Position numbers and translations under genes: made by a program
Shown here: piece after piece, positions 51,846 through 64,000 of the stretch
Numbering within the stretch: position 1 is the first letter of the stretch
Layout: the number at the start of each line of letters is the position of its first letter
DNA from: Eledone cirrhosa
Taxonomy: Eukaryota
NCBI GenBank assembly: GCA_964016885.1
Contig: OZ024755.1
Location: 33,232,001-33,296,000, forward strand
Reading direction: 5' to 3'
DNA length: 64,000 nucleotides
Notes under the pieces: model-generated
The model's input: the letters and a program-made list of their open reading frames with translations, nothing else
Database searches by the model: none
What the model was told of the DNA's origin: nothing

Positions 51846-52330
51846 TTAGAGTAATAAAAATGCTTTCTTCTTTGGTTCAGTCATAACGAGGACACCACTT
51901 GCCATTATTTGCGTAAGTAATACTTACATATTTTTCCACTAAACTAACTTCTTCTCCTCCTCTGCCTCCTCCTTTTCCTCATCATCCTCTACCTTCTTCT
52001 TCTCCTTCTCCTCTTCCTTTTCCTCATCATCCTCTACCTTCTTCTTCTCCTTTTCCTCATCATCCTCTGCCTTCTTCTCCTCTTCCTCCACCTCTTCCTC
52101 ATAATCCTCATCTTTCTTCTTCTTCTTCAAAGGTGTAAATTAGGGGCAGAGGAAAAGAAGAGAGAAAGAGAGAGAGGGGGAAAGAGAGAGAGGGGAGAAA
52201 GAAAGAGAGAGAGAGATAGAGAGAAAGGGGGAGAAAGAGAAAGGGCGAGAAAGAGAGGAGGAATAGAGGGAGGGGGAACAGAGAGAAGGGAAGATGGAGA
52301 GAGAGTAAAAGAGATGGAGAAAGAGTGGGG

Positions 52331-52389
<59 letters not shown>

Positions 52390-53162
52390 TGTGAGCAAGA
52401 AAAATTCAAATTTCAACATACAATTCCAAGAAAGTTAAAGAGAACCAAAAAAAGAAAAGCAAGAATAAAAAGTAAGAAATTTCTCTCAACTAAAAAATAA
52501 AAATAAACAAGAACACCCCCCACCCCCCCAAAAAACCCTTTAAAAATCAAGTGCAAAAAAAAAACAAAAAAAACTAAAAGAAAACACTGCAACACATAAA
52601 TGAAACATATTTGAAGATCAATCTAACATCTAACAGAGATTAAATATATTCATATTGATTGGTGTAATCCAATTATTGGAGAATTGTTTGCATGGAAGAA
52701 GTTAGCCAAACTCTAGCTGCTCAGAGTCAATCCCAAACTGGATGTCAATCTATATTAACTCATTCATTTCAACTGAGTAACATTAAGTCAGTTTCCTTGA
52801 ACAGGTAATGTAATGGTATTCACCTGGCCCTATCTTGTCCATATTTTCTGAATCATACATACTAGAATCAGAATGATTTTTAGTCGATAATTTTATGCGG
52901 TATAATGATTTCTGATGTAATAATCATGAGGCCATATGTTTGTTAAACATGTGTGGAACATACAGCCAATTAAATCGACCTCAATATTCACCTCGTTCTT
53001 ATTTCATTGAACCTAGAGGGATGAAAGACAAAGTTGATGCCATTAAGGTTTCAACCCAGAATATAAAAGGGCATAACAGAATTTTACAAAGTATTTTTCA
53101 CAGTTGTTCTACTGATTCTGCTAATCCAATATCCTTCTTTTAAACAATATAATAGACACATT

Positions 53163-53500
53163 AGGTGGTGAATTAGCAGACTGTTAGAATGTTGGATAGA
53201 ATGCTTTGTAATATTCACTTCAACTCTCGACTCTCTGAGTTCAAATCCCGCCACGGTCAACTTTGCCTTTCATCCATTCATGGTCAATCAAAAAAGTACC
53301 AGTCAAGTACGGGAGTCAATTTTTTCTCTATATCTCTTTCTCGTTTCCTTTCTCTTACTCTCGCTGTCCTTGTGTGAAAGAAATCTACTGTATTCTGGCC
53401 TGGAGAAGAGATGAAGTCCATCAGGTGTAAGGAATGCCTAGAAACGACATATATCGATATGGCACCCCTACGGCTACCTTAGGAGTTACGGGTCCATACT
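53163..53500 (+). mobile_element. Old SINE A relative with long 3' body
   Basis: GGTGGTGAATTAGCAG...GAGTTCAAATCCCGCC...ACTTTGCCTTTCATCC. The body resembles 20415-20620 and 59660-59870. Confidence 0.65.
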
Positions 53501-54504
53501 ATAGCAATAGACACATTATAAAAAGTAGTGAGTTAGTATTAAACTAAGTTGTTTAACAGTATCTATTTATCTGTTTTTCTACATTCTGAATTTATGTCTT
53601 GTCAGAGTAAACTTTGATCTAGATAAAAGAAATACCTGTAACACAGGGGACTTAATTTAATATAGTACACAATTCTTTTCTGATAATAAAAAGAAGTTAG
53701 TTTTCTGCTAAAAGAAACCAATATAATATCTATATAGTATAGTATACTGGATCAAACTGTGAAACACTGAACTAAATCATCATCATCGTTTAACGTCCAT
53801 TTTCCATGCTGGTAGGACGTGTTGTCCCATTGTGAGAGATCAGGTCAGATATCCGTGTTTCAATCACACAGAACTAATTTTGGCTTTGTTCCTACAGCTG
53901 GATGCCCTTCCTAATGAATGCCAGCTGCATAAGAAATGCAGTTCTATCCTATGTTTTGACTTCAAATTCTATTAAAGTTAGGTTTGCATTTAATCCTTCA
54001 TTCTTCATGAATTAACAAAAAAGAAAAAAAAAAATTTATAAAAATTACAAAAAAGAATGTCCTCAGTAATGAACAGAGTGAACATTTTTATTAGAATATT
54101 TCTACCAGGGAAGCTACAAAGACAACTGGAGCCTTGGTATGCTTGCTGACAACTGTTAGACATTTAAGACAGGCATTTCTAAGACTAAGCACTTCTTTTT
54201 AAACTTGAAACATGTCTTTTTAATGATATTTAACCCTTTTAATTCTAACCTGTTTAAAACTACCTCTGATTCCATGGTGAAGAATAATTTGTTTTTCAGA
54301 GTTCATATTTACATTTAACATTTCTTTTACAACTTTTCTAAAATTGTGTTTCAAACACAACAAATTATTGATTATTTTAAAAAATACCTAAAAATGATAG
54401 ACAGTATATTTCATTAAAAATATGGAAAGTGTTAAGTATATGTGTAACTTTATGGGTCTTTAAAAATTTACCGGTTAGAGAAACGCTATCTTCAATTCAG
54501 TATT

Positions 54505-55430
54505 TGTGCCAACCCTTACCTAAGGTCATGAATCTTGGGTAATGACCAAAAGGATAGAATCATAAATACAAGCGGCTGAAGGAGTAATGTTACATGATAG
54601 AGTGCAAAGCTCGGAGATCAGAGAGTAACTCCGTGTGGAGCCGCTACTTCTCCAAATTGAGAGATCACAGCTATGATACGTAGTGTGTGTGCTTAGACTA
54701 TCTCAGGAAAGAATTACTGGAGAGTCACACCAGGAAGAGCCTTTACTTCTCTGAATTGAGAGATCACAGCTCTGATACTATGGGCATGTGGTTAGAATGT
54801 CTCGGGAAAGAATCACTGGAGAGTCACTCCAGGTAGAGCTGCTACTTCTCTGAATTGAGATATCACAGCTCTGATACTATGGGCATGTGGTTAGAATGTC
54901 TCAGGAAAGAATCACTGGAGAGTCACTCTAGGTAGAGCTGCTACCTCTCTGAATTGAGAGATCACAGCTCTGATACTAAAGGTATGTGGTTAGAATGTCT
55001 CAGGAAAGAATCACTAGAGAGTCTCACCAGGAAGAGCCTCTACTTCTCTGAATTGAGAGATCACAGCTCTGATACTATGGGCATGTGGTTAGAATGTCTA
55101 AGGAAAGAATTGCTGGACAGATTTTACAGACAAATCCAACTAGTAGGAGACCCAGAGGTAGACCCTAAGCAAGATGGTTGGTTAACATCCATGTGCTTGG
55201 CTGGGCTTGTTTGGGGATCCAGCTGGATCAGTTTGCTTCTGACAGGATTTGCTGGAAGGAGTGTTTGAGGACTCTGACCCCACAACTGTCTCATGAAGAA
55301 GAAGATGGCAAAGAAGAAGAAGAAGAAGGAGGAGGAGGAGGAGGAGGAGGAGGAGGAGGAGGAGGAGGAGGAGGAGAAGAAGGAAAAGAAGAAGAAGAAG
55401 GAGGAGGGGGAGGAGAAGAAGAAGAAGAAA
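54505..55430 (+). mobile_element. RTE LINE 3' end with 99-bp internal repeat x5 and (GAA/GGA)n tail
   Basis: GHESWVMTK..IQAAE..SSEIRE.LRVEPLLLQIERSQL. Repeat starts at 54638, 54737, 54836, 54935 and 55034. Confidence 0.8.
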
Positions 55431-56052
55431 CGTAACAAACTCCTTTGGATTCAGTTTTTAAAAAAATGTACTTTATTTTTATTCTTGTGACAGACAACTT
55501 AGTTTTTGTTGCCTAATGTAATCAGACATTTTCTGGTGTTGACAATTCTATGTTTTTTTTCTAATATAGTGTATCTAGTTTGACATTATCCAAATATGGT
55601 GATGGGGATGGGAATTGAGAGATATCCAGTTGTTATTTCTAGCAACTCAAGTGACTGCATAACAACTTTCTTGGTGAATCATAAATTGTGTTGTGTTTCG
55701 TTTCGTTTTTTTTTCTTTCTTGCGATGCTGGTATACTTTGTAGAACTAGTCTTTGGCTTGTCTAGGGATTTCTGACAATAAGATATATTTTCAGAGACAA
55801 AAATAAGCAACTTTGTTTATGATGCAATAAAGATTCTTGTTTGTTGCTAGGACACAAACAAGATTTACAATATACTATATACATGTGTTTACTGTCAAGG
55901 GAAGAGCAAGAATGGATGTTTGAGAGAGACGGGTGGGTGGGTGAAATGGTAGCAGAAGGAGAGAGGGAGAGGGAGAGAGAAGGGGGGGGGGGCGAAGGAT
56001 GATGACAAGAAGAATGAGACTTCAAGAAAAAGAGAATAGGAGAGAGAGAAAG

Positions 56053-56105
<53 letters not shown>

Positions 56106-56469
56106 TATAGATAGATAGATAAATAGATAGATAGATAGATAGATAGAGAGAGATATGGAGAGAGAGAGAGATGAAATGGCAGCAGAAGGGGAGAGAAAGA
56201 GAGGGGATGGGATGATGACAAGAAGAATAAGACTTCAATAAAAGAGAATAGGAGAGAAGAAGAAGGAAAATGCAAGTGAATCAAGTAGAAATTTCATGTG
56301 AAAGGGTGAAAGAAAAAAAGTAAAGAGAGAGATAGAGAGAGAGAGAGAGAGAAATAGAGCGTGTCAGATGAAGAGAATCAAAGAGAGAGGTGGGAGTGAC
56401 ATGTGCATATATATTCAGTAGCAGAAAAGATTGAAGGAAGAAGATAGTTAGAAAGTAAAATGATACATC

Positions 56470-56752
56470 AACATCATCATTTTACGTCCACTTTTCCCTG
56501 CTTGCAAGGGTGGGACGGGAACTGATTCTGGCTTGATTTCTACAGCTGGATGCCCTTCCTAACACCAACCTCATTTACAGTGGAATGATAGGGACCCCAG
56601 TCCCTATCATCTCATTTCTACAGCTGACTGAACTGGAGCAATGTGAAATAAAATGTCTTGCTCAAGGAAACAACACATCACCCGGTCTGAGAATTGAACA
56701 CAACCTTTCGATTGCAAGCCCAATGCTCTAACCACTAAGCCATGTGCCTCCA
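56470..56752 (-). mobile_element. SINE B (internally deleted)
   Basis: Lacks the VNTR unit. Confidence 0.85.
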
Positions 56753-56789
56753 TCATACATACATATACATATATATATATATATATATA

Positions 56790-57160
56790 TGACACACGAC
56801 CGTGACCTCTGGCGTCACGCAGTAATACAGAGTACCCGACCTCCCATGGGTACAAGCTGAAGCATATAGACAATATGCCCCCACACCCTCCCAGTGCAAA
56901 GTACTCGTGGAGGTGCCACGGCAAAAAAGCACCCAGCCCACACTGTAAAGTGGGCATGTAGGCGCCACGAAAAAGCACCCAGCACTCACTGTAAATGAGG
57001 TTGGTGTCAGGAAGGGCATCCAGCTGTAGAAATCAAGCCAAATCAGTTCCTGTATGAGCAAGGCATGGTCAGCCGACCAGACACTGCCCACAACAGGACA
57101 ACCCGTCTAACCCATGCTAGCGTGGAAGAACGGACGTAAAACGGTGATGATGATGATGAA
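56790..57160 (+). mobile_element. SINE C
   Basis: Matches 21955-22315. Confidence 0.8.
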
Positions 57161-57266
57161 ATATATATATATATAACGAAGGAAATGTGGTAAGGAACCA
57201 GGTGGACCATAACGCACCAAAGTACTCAATACTTAGGTTAGCTCAGCCATCGGGGTCCTACTCGTT

Positions 57267-57320
<54 letters not shown>

Positions 57321-57532
57321 CATACAATGATATTAAATAAATGGAAACTATATTTATAAAACCATATTTATTCTATTATATATATTTCAAGGGTACCAAA
57401 AATGTTGGTACGCTATAATCAGATAAAATACAAAATGTTTTATAAATATTTGACATAACCAAGGTTGATATACCTTAACGGTTCAAGTTATCCCTGGAAA
57501 TTCTGTTCTACATATATATATATATATATATG

Positions 57533-57870
57533 CACATGGCTTAGTGGTTAGAGCATTGGCCTTGCAATCGAAAGGTTGTGAGTTCAATTCTCAGACCGGG
57601 TGATGTGTTGTTTCCTTGAGCAAGACACTTTATTTCACATTGCTCCAGTTTACTCAGCTGTAGAAATGAGATGATAGGGACTGGGGTCCCTATCATTCCA
57701 CTGCAAAGTGGTCGTGGAGGTGCCATGGCAAAAAAGCACCCAGCACTCACTGTAAATGAGGTTGGTGTTAGGAAGGGCATCTAGCTGTAGAAATCAAGCC
57801 AAAAATCAGTTCCCGTCCCACCCTTGCAAGCAAGGAAAAAGCGGACGTAAAATGAAATGAATGAAATGAT
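57533..57870 (+). mobile_element. SINE B
   Basis: Matches the family consensus. Confidence 0.85.
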
Positions 57871-58754
57871 CTTCTACATATATATTTATATATATACTAT
57901 AAAGTGTGTCCATAGAATCATTTGATAATATATATACACCATTTCCTCTCCCAATTAGCATAATTAACAACACAAAAAATCAATTAGACCAGGCTATAAG
58001 ATTAAAAGGCACCTATGAAGAATTAGTAGATATATATATATATATGTATATATATACCAAGATATTAATAAATGGAAACTATATTTATAAAACCATATTT
58101 ATTTTTTTATATATATTTCAAGGGAAACCAAGCCATCTTGGTGCGCTTTCATCAGATAAAATACAAAATTTGTTTTATAAATAACGATATACCCATGGAG
58201 ATCAACCTTAACGGTCGAAAATTCACTGGATAGTCATTTATTCATTTATATTTATGTTTGTCGGAATTCCAACAATTCCGACAAACATAAATATATAAAA
58301 TATGCTCAAGGAAACAACACATCACCCGGCCTGAGAATTGAACTCACAACCTTTCGATTGCAAGACCAATGCTCTAACCACTAATCATATATATATGATG
58401 ATGGCTGCCCCTTCGTTATCCATTATATACCATTATTAATAATTGTTAATTAATTCTATCATGCAATGCCTGTGCGTGAAGATATTTTTTTAAGTGAGGA
58501 AAGACTGTGCACTAAGCCAATCCCACTCTCTGAACGACAGTAGCTATAACCCAAAAAGAAGAAAAGATCAACATCATCGGTAACTGAGCTGCAGGTTTTA
58601 TATCGGAGTTATCCCAGTTTCCTGAGTTGCCTTTTCCTAGAAGAATGCAGTGACAAAGGCTAGGGGTCCTTCACTCCCAGTGGTTTAACCGCACAATCGG
58701 GTGTCCAGCCTGACTATTTCTATGTCCCCACGCATATACATACACATGCACCAT

Positions 58755-59611
58755 ATGGTATGGTATGGTACGGTATGGTATGGTATGGTATGGTACAGTA
58801 TGGTATGGTATGGTACGGTATGGTACAGTATGGTATGGTATGGTATGGTATGGTACGGTATGGTATGGTACAGTATGGTATGGTACGGTATGGTATGGTA
58901 CGGTATGGTATGGTACAGTATGGTATGGTACGGTATGGTATGGTATGGTACGGTATGGTATGGTACGGTATGGTATGGTACGGTATGGTATGGTATGGTA
59001 CGGTATGGTATGGTATGGTACGGTATGGTATGGTATGGTACGGTACGGTATGGTATGGTATGGTGCGGTACGGTACGGTATGGTATGGTATGATACGGTA
59101 TGGTACAGTATGGTATGGTATGGTACGGTATGGTATGATACGGTATGGTACGGTATGATACGGGACGGTATGGTATGGTACGGTATGATACGGGATGGTA
59201 TGGTATGGTATGGTATGATACGGTATGGTACAGTATGGTATGGTATGGTATGGTACGGTATGGTACGGGATGGTATGGTATGGTATGGTACGGTATGATA
59301 CGGGATGGTATGGTATGGTATGGTGCGGTACGGTATGGTACGGTACGGTATGGTACGGTATGGTATGATACGGTATGGTATGGTATGGTACGGTATGATA
59401 CGGGATGGTATGGTATGGTATGGTATGGTACGGTACGGTATGGTACAGTATGGTATGGTATGGTACAGTATGGTATGGTATGATATGGTATGGTATGGTA
59501 CAGTATGGTATGGTATGATATGGTATGGTATGGTATGGTACGGTATGGTATGGTATGGTACAATACGGTATGGTATGGTATGATACGGGATGGTATGGTA
59601 TGGTACGGTAT
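58755..59611. repeat. (GGTAT)n pentanucleotide satellite with variant units
   Basis: About 170 units with GGTAC, AGTAT, GATAC and GGGAT variants. Confidence 0.95.
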
Positions 59612-59985
59612 GAGAAAGAGATATAGAGGAAGAATCGACCCCAGTACTAGACTGGTACTATATTTGTATGGTCCTGTAACTCCCGATAGAGTCACAGGGG
59701 CGCCATATTGACATACAGTATTTGTTGGACATTCTAAGCCTGGCAGAGCCCATCAATCTCCAGACCTGAATACAGCAGACATCTTTCAGAGAAAGATAGA
59801 AAGAGAGAGAGAGGAAATGAGAAAGAGATACAGAGGAGGAATCAACCCCAGTACTAGACTGGTACTTTGTTTTATCAACCTCGAAAGGATGAAAGGCAAA
59901 GTTGACCTCGGCGGGATTTGAACTCAGATCGTAAAGAGCCGTAACTCTATGCCATAAAGCATGTTCTCTGATGCTGCCAATCTTC
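59612..59985 (-). mobile_element. SINE A long-body variant with partial internal duplication
   Basis: ATGAGAAAGAGATA.AGAGGA.GAATC.ACCCCAGTACTAGACTGGTACT at about 59610 and about 59817. Confidence 0.7.
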
Positions 59986-60964
59986 CAGTCTCCTACTTCT
60001 ATTAATATTGAACTGTTAATTTTACAGTGTTTACACTTATCTAAAATCCTTTCATCACTTTCCAGCCTAATGAAAGCTATGCTGCCAGCATCAGTTTAAT
60101 AATAAGAAAGTTAGTTATATTTCTAAATCTCTCTGAATTCTTGATTATTTTCTATATTATTTGAAAATTATATCGTGTCTTTCATTAGAAATATTGTAAT
60201 GAAAGGGCCAAACTTTATGTTGATATTTCATGAAAGAAATTGGAGTTCAGAAGAGATAACTTTGTAGAGAGAATGTATAGCAATTCGTAAGAGGAGAGTG
60301 TGCCTATGTATATGTTTGAAAGAAAGTATATGTGTGTGGAAAAAAAGCACGTGTGTGTGCGTGTAATTAAGTAAATGTGTACGTTTGCGAGAGAGAGAGA
60401 GAGAGACAAGTATGTATGTTTTTATGAGAAAGAGATAAATGCACGTTAGAGTGAGTGTGTTTGAAAGATATATATATATATATATTGATAGATAGAATGA
60501 TGATGATAATGTATATATATATATATACAGAGAGAGAAACAGAGAAAGAAGGAAGTTATATATTTATATGTTTTATAAAGATACTCAGTATAATTAAAGT
60601 TTATGTAAATATATGTTGTGTTAGCTATGTTCACTACTGAGATATGTTCAAAGAGCAATAGACATACATTACTATAAGATAAAAGTAGTGTATATGAAAG
60701 TATATATGATATATTACTCTATAATATACATACAAAAGAAAAAGAGCATAAGACAAGAATCTCACCATGAATATTTAAAGCTGTGATCAAATCATAGTTT
60801 AAAATATTTTAAGCCAAGGGAACATTACACCTTACCCTTAAGGGTTGCTGAAGTCTGTTCAAACCAAATAACTTTTTGAAATATCTCAATTATTCTGAAA
60901 CCGTTATACAATGAGCAAGTGGTCAGAGTATGGTAAAAGGTTGTACAAATCCTAGCTAACCAAT

Positions 60965-61135
60965 CCACTTCTTCTTCGCCCCCTTATTCCTGAGATGGAC
61001 GTGGGGGGAGAGTTCTCAAACACTCCTTCCAGTGGGTCCTCTCAGAAGCATCCATCTCTAACTGATCCGGCTGGATCCCCAAGCAAGACCAGCCAAGCTC
61101 ATGGATGGTATCCAACCATCTTGCTTGGAGTCTAC
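60965..61135 (-). mobile_element. RTE LINE 3' terminal fragment
   Basis: Reverse complement of the AGCAAGATGGTTGG...GGAAGGAGTGTTTGAG...GAAGAAGAAG terminus. Confidence 0.7.
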
Positions 61136-61244
61136 CAATCCACAATTTTTAAATTTGGTAATTGAACGAAAACATATTAGCAATAAAACATTGTTTTTTT
61201 TTTTTATTTGTTTAGTCTGATCTCTGAGCTACACACATTACCGA

Positions 61245-62585
61245 GAGTTGCTACAGGTAGAGCCACTACTACTCTGAATTGAGAGATCACAGCTCCGATA
61301 CTAAAGGTATGTGGTTAGGATGTCTCAGGAAAGAATCACTGGAGAGTCACTCCAGGTAGAGCCTCTACTTCTCTGAATTGAGAGATCACAGCTCCGATAC
61401 TAAAGGTATGTGGTTAGGATGTCTCAGGAAAGAATCACTAATGAGTCACACCAGGTAGAGCCTCTACTTCTCTGAATTGAGAGATCACAGCTCCGATGCT
61501 AAAGGTATGTGGTTAGGATGTCTCAGAAAAGAATCACTGGAGAGTCACTCCAGGTAGAGCCACTACTTCTCTGAATTGAGAGATCACAGCTCCGATGCTA
61601 AAGGTATGTGGTTAGGATGTCTCAGGAAAGAATCACTAATGAGTCACACCAGGTAGAGCCTCTACTTCTCTGAATTGAGAGATCGCAGCTCTGATACTAA
61701 AGGTATGTGGTTAGAATGTCTCAGGAAAGTCACACCAGGAAGAGCCGCTACTTCTCTGAATTGAGAGATCACAGCTCTGATACTAAAGGTATGTGGTTAG
61801 AATGTTTCAGGAAAGAATCACTAGAGAGTCACAGCAGGTAGAGCCACTACTTCTCTGAATTGAGAGATCACAGCTCTGATACTATGGGCAATGATGGTTA
61901 GAATGTCTCAGGAAAGAATTGCTGGACAGATTTTACAGACAAATCCAACTAGTAGGAGACCCAGAGGTAGACCCTAAGCAAGATGGTTGGTTAACATCCA
62001 TGAGCTTGGCTGGGCTTGCTTGGAGATCTAGCTGGATCTGTTTGCTTCTGACAGGATTTGCTGGAAGGAGTGTTTGAGGACTCTGACCCCACAACTGTCT
62101 CATGAAGAAGAAGAGGCAAAGAAGAAGAAGAAGAAGAAGAAGAAGAAGAAGAAGAAGAAGAAGAAGAAGAAGAAGAAGAAGGCAAAGAAGAAGGCGAAGA
62201 AGAAGGCGAAGAAGAAGGCGAAGAAGAAGAAGAAGAAGAAGAAGAAGAAGAAGAAGAAGAAGAAGAAGAAAAAGGCAAAGAAGAAGAATGCAAAGAAGAA
62301 GAAGAAGAAGAAGAAGAAGAAGAAGGCAAAGAAGAAGGTGAAGAAGGCGAAGAAGAAGAAGAAGAAGAAGAAGGCAAAGAAGAAGGCAAAGAAGAAGAAG
62401 AAGGCAAAGAAGAAGAAGGCAAAGAAGAAGAAGGCGAAGAAGAAGGCAAAGAAGAAGAAGGCAAAGAAGAAGAAGAAGGCAAAGAAGAAGAAGAAGAAGA
62501 AGAAGAAGAAGAAGCAGAAGAAGAAGAAGAAGAAGCAGCAGCAGCAGCAGCAGCAGAAGCAGCAGCAGCAACAACAGCAGCAGCT
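61245..62585 (+). mobile_element. RTE LINE 3' end with 99-bp internal repeat x7 and expanded (GAA)n tail
   Basis: Repeat starts at 61260, 61359, 61458, 61557, 61656, 61742 and 61841. The terminus is nearly identical to 55110-55310. Confidence 0.8.
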
Positions 62586-64000
62586 TAGTCTGAATGGAGG
62601 AAGAACAATGCACCTGATTATTTTCATAGCCTTCATGACTGGTGGGAATAAGGAAAGAAAGTATTCACAAACTGGAAATATCTTTCGAAATGCTTGCAAC
62701 AGAATAGGCTCTGTTAGAAGCAAACTAAAAGTGAGATGTTTGTGTTGAATGTGAACTTCCAAAACTAATCTAACAAAGCATACTTCTTCAGCTCGACCGA
62801 AAAAGTAGTCCTGTCATAAACCCAAACTGAAGACAATGTATCAAAGCAATGTTTTCCAGTAACAAAATAACAAAACTAGATCTACAGATAATCTTGTAGT
62901 TTATCATGCATATATTTGTAAAGTTGATCCTTTTGGTGGAATTATTAATAAAGGAATTCCTTCATTTTCAATTGCAGCTGGTTTAAAACTACATAGAACA
63001 AAATACATGGCACTTGTAACAAATATTATTGCTCCATCTTTACCGAAAGAACAAATATAAAAACTTAAGTAAAAGTCAGTTCTTGATTTTGGGTAAGTCA
63101 ACTGATATTGCTTGTGAAAAACAACTGTGTTTATATTAGATGTTACAATAAATGACAAAATAAAGTTCTACCACAGTTTTTAGGGTTAATTCCTCTTGCC
63201 ATAACTATTGCTCAAGTTTTGGCATCAAGTCATGAAACATTTCTTGTGATGTGGGAACTGATATTTAAAACTGCTTTGCTATTTTAATGGACAGATCTTC
63301 AAACTTTTGTGACATTAATCATTCTCTCTACAAACTTATGAAATTAGATAATCCAAACTTGATGCTTATAAAATGCATTTGCCACTCTCTCTCCATTTAA
63401 CATGTTCCTATGCTGCTGAATATTTACTTTCTAGCATTGACTATCTGTTAAGAGAAACTTACTATTGGTTTCAACACTACAACTGCAAAAAAATTCTTAC
63501 ATGGAAATACATAAATTAATCAATGATGTTATGGAACCATTGAAAATAATTCCCCTTTTCAGCTAGAAGATGATTGGTTAGAAGTAACTATGTAAAAAGA
63601 ATTCTTAGCCAGTGAGATGCTCAATGACATCTAGTTGTAACAAGTATTGTGGAAAGGAATTACATGATATGTAGTCAGATGCAACTAATAAACTTTATTA
63701 TGTATGAGATGTGTGTTAAGTGAATTTGAGAAACTTAATTTGATGTTTCAAAAAGAAATGGCCGATCACTGTAGTATCTAAGATGAATTATGCAGTTTTG
63801 CATTGTTTATGTTTGCAAAATTTTGCATCTTCAATATCTGAATCTTGGAAATGAAATTAGGCATTGAATCATCGTTCCTCCCATGTGAAACAAACATTGA
63901 TTTTGGACACAAATATTTTAACTTTCTGAGCAGTAAAATTTCACCAAATCAAATTCCCCAAGAACAAGAAACCACTGTAAAATATAGTTTCTAAGCTTGT

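Noticed and set aside
58685-59711. 336-aa YHTIP-repeat ORF
   Set aside because: Translation of the (GGTAT)n satellite.
61933-62762. Poly-K/poly-L/poly-S ORFs resembling histone H1 or protamine-like proteins
   Set aside because: Expanded (GAA)n tail of an RTE element.

Overview
AT-rich eukaryotic intergenic or intronic DNA. Its repeat families resemble those I recall from octopod cephalopods (inference, not verified). No intact host protein-coding gene is supportable: nearly all long ORFs are translations of (TA)n, (CA)n, (GA)n, (GAA)n or (GGTAT)n repeats. The window is a mosaic of tRNA-derived SINEs (families called A, B and C here), fragments of RTE, CR1-like and L1/Tx1-like LINEs, a decayed mariner, and TTAA-flanked (piggyBac-type) and Tc1-type MITEs. 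The main finding is a set of non-coding elements carrying hammerhead-ribozyme (HHR) motifs, which look like Penelope-associated or retrozyme-like elements and mostly sit in (TA)n tracts as head-to-head fold-back insertions. The clearest case is a 2.8-kb array of apparently identical 310-bp monomers (14611-17393). It holds nine complete type I hammerhead cores, three on the minus strand and six on the plus strand, which diverge from one inversion junction. At least four other sequence families show the same HHR plus fold-back design. Boundaries of decayed repeats are approximate.
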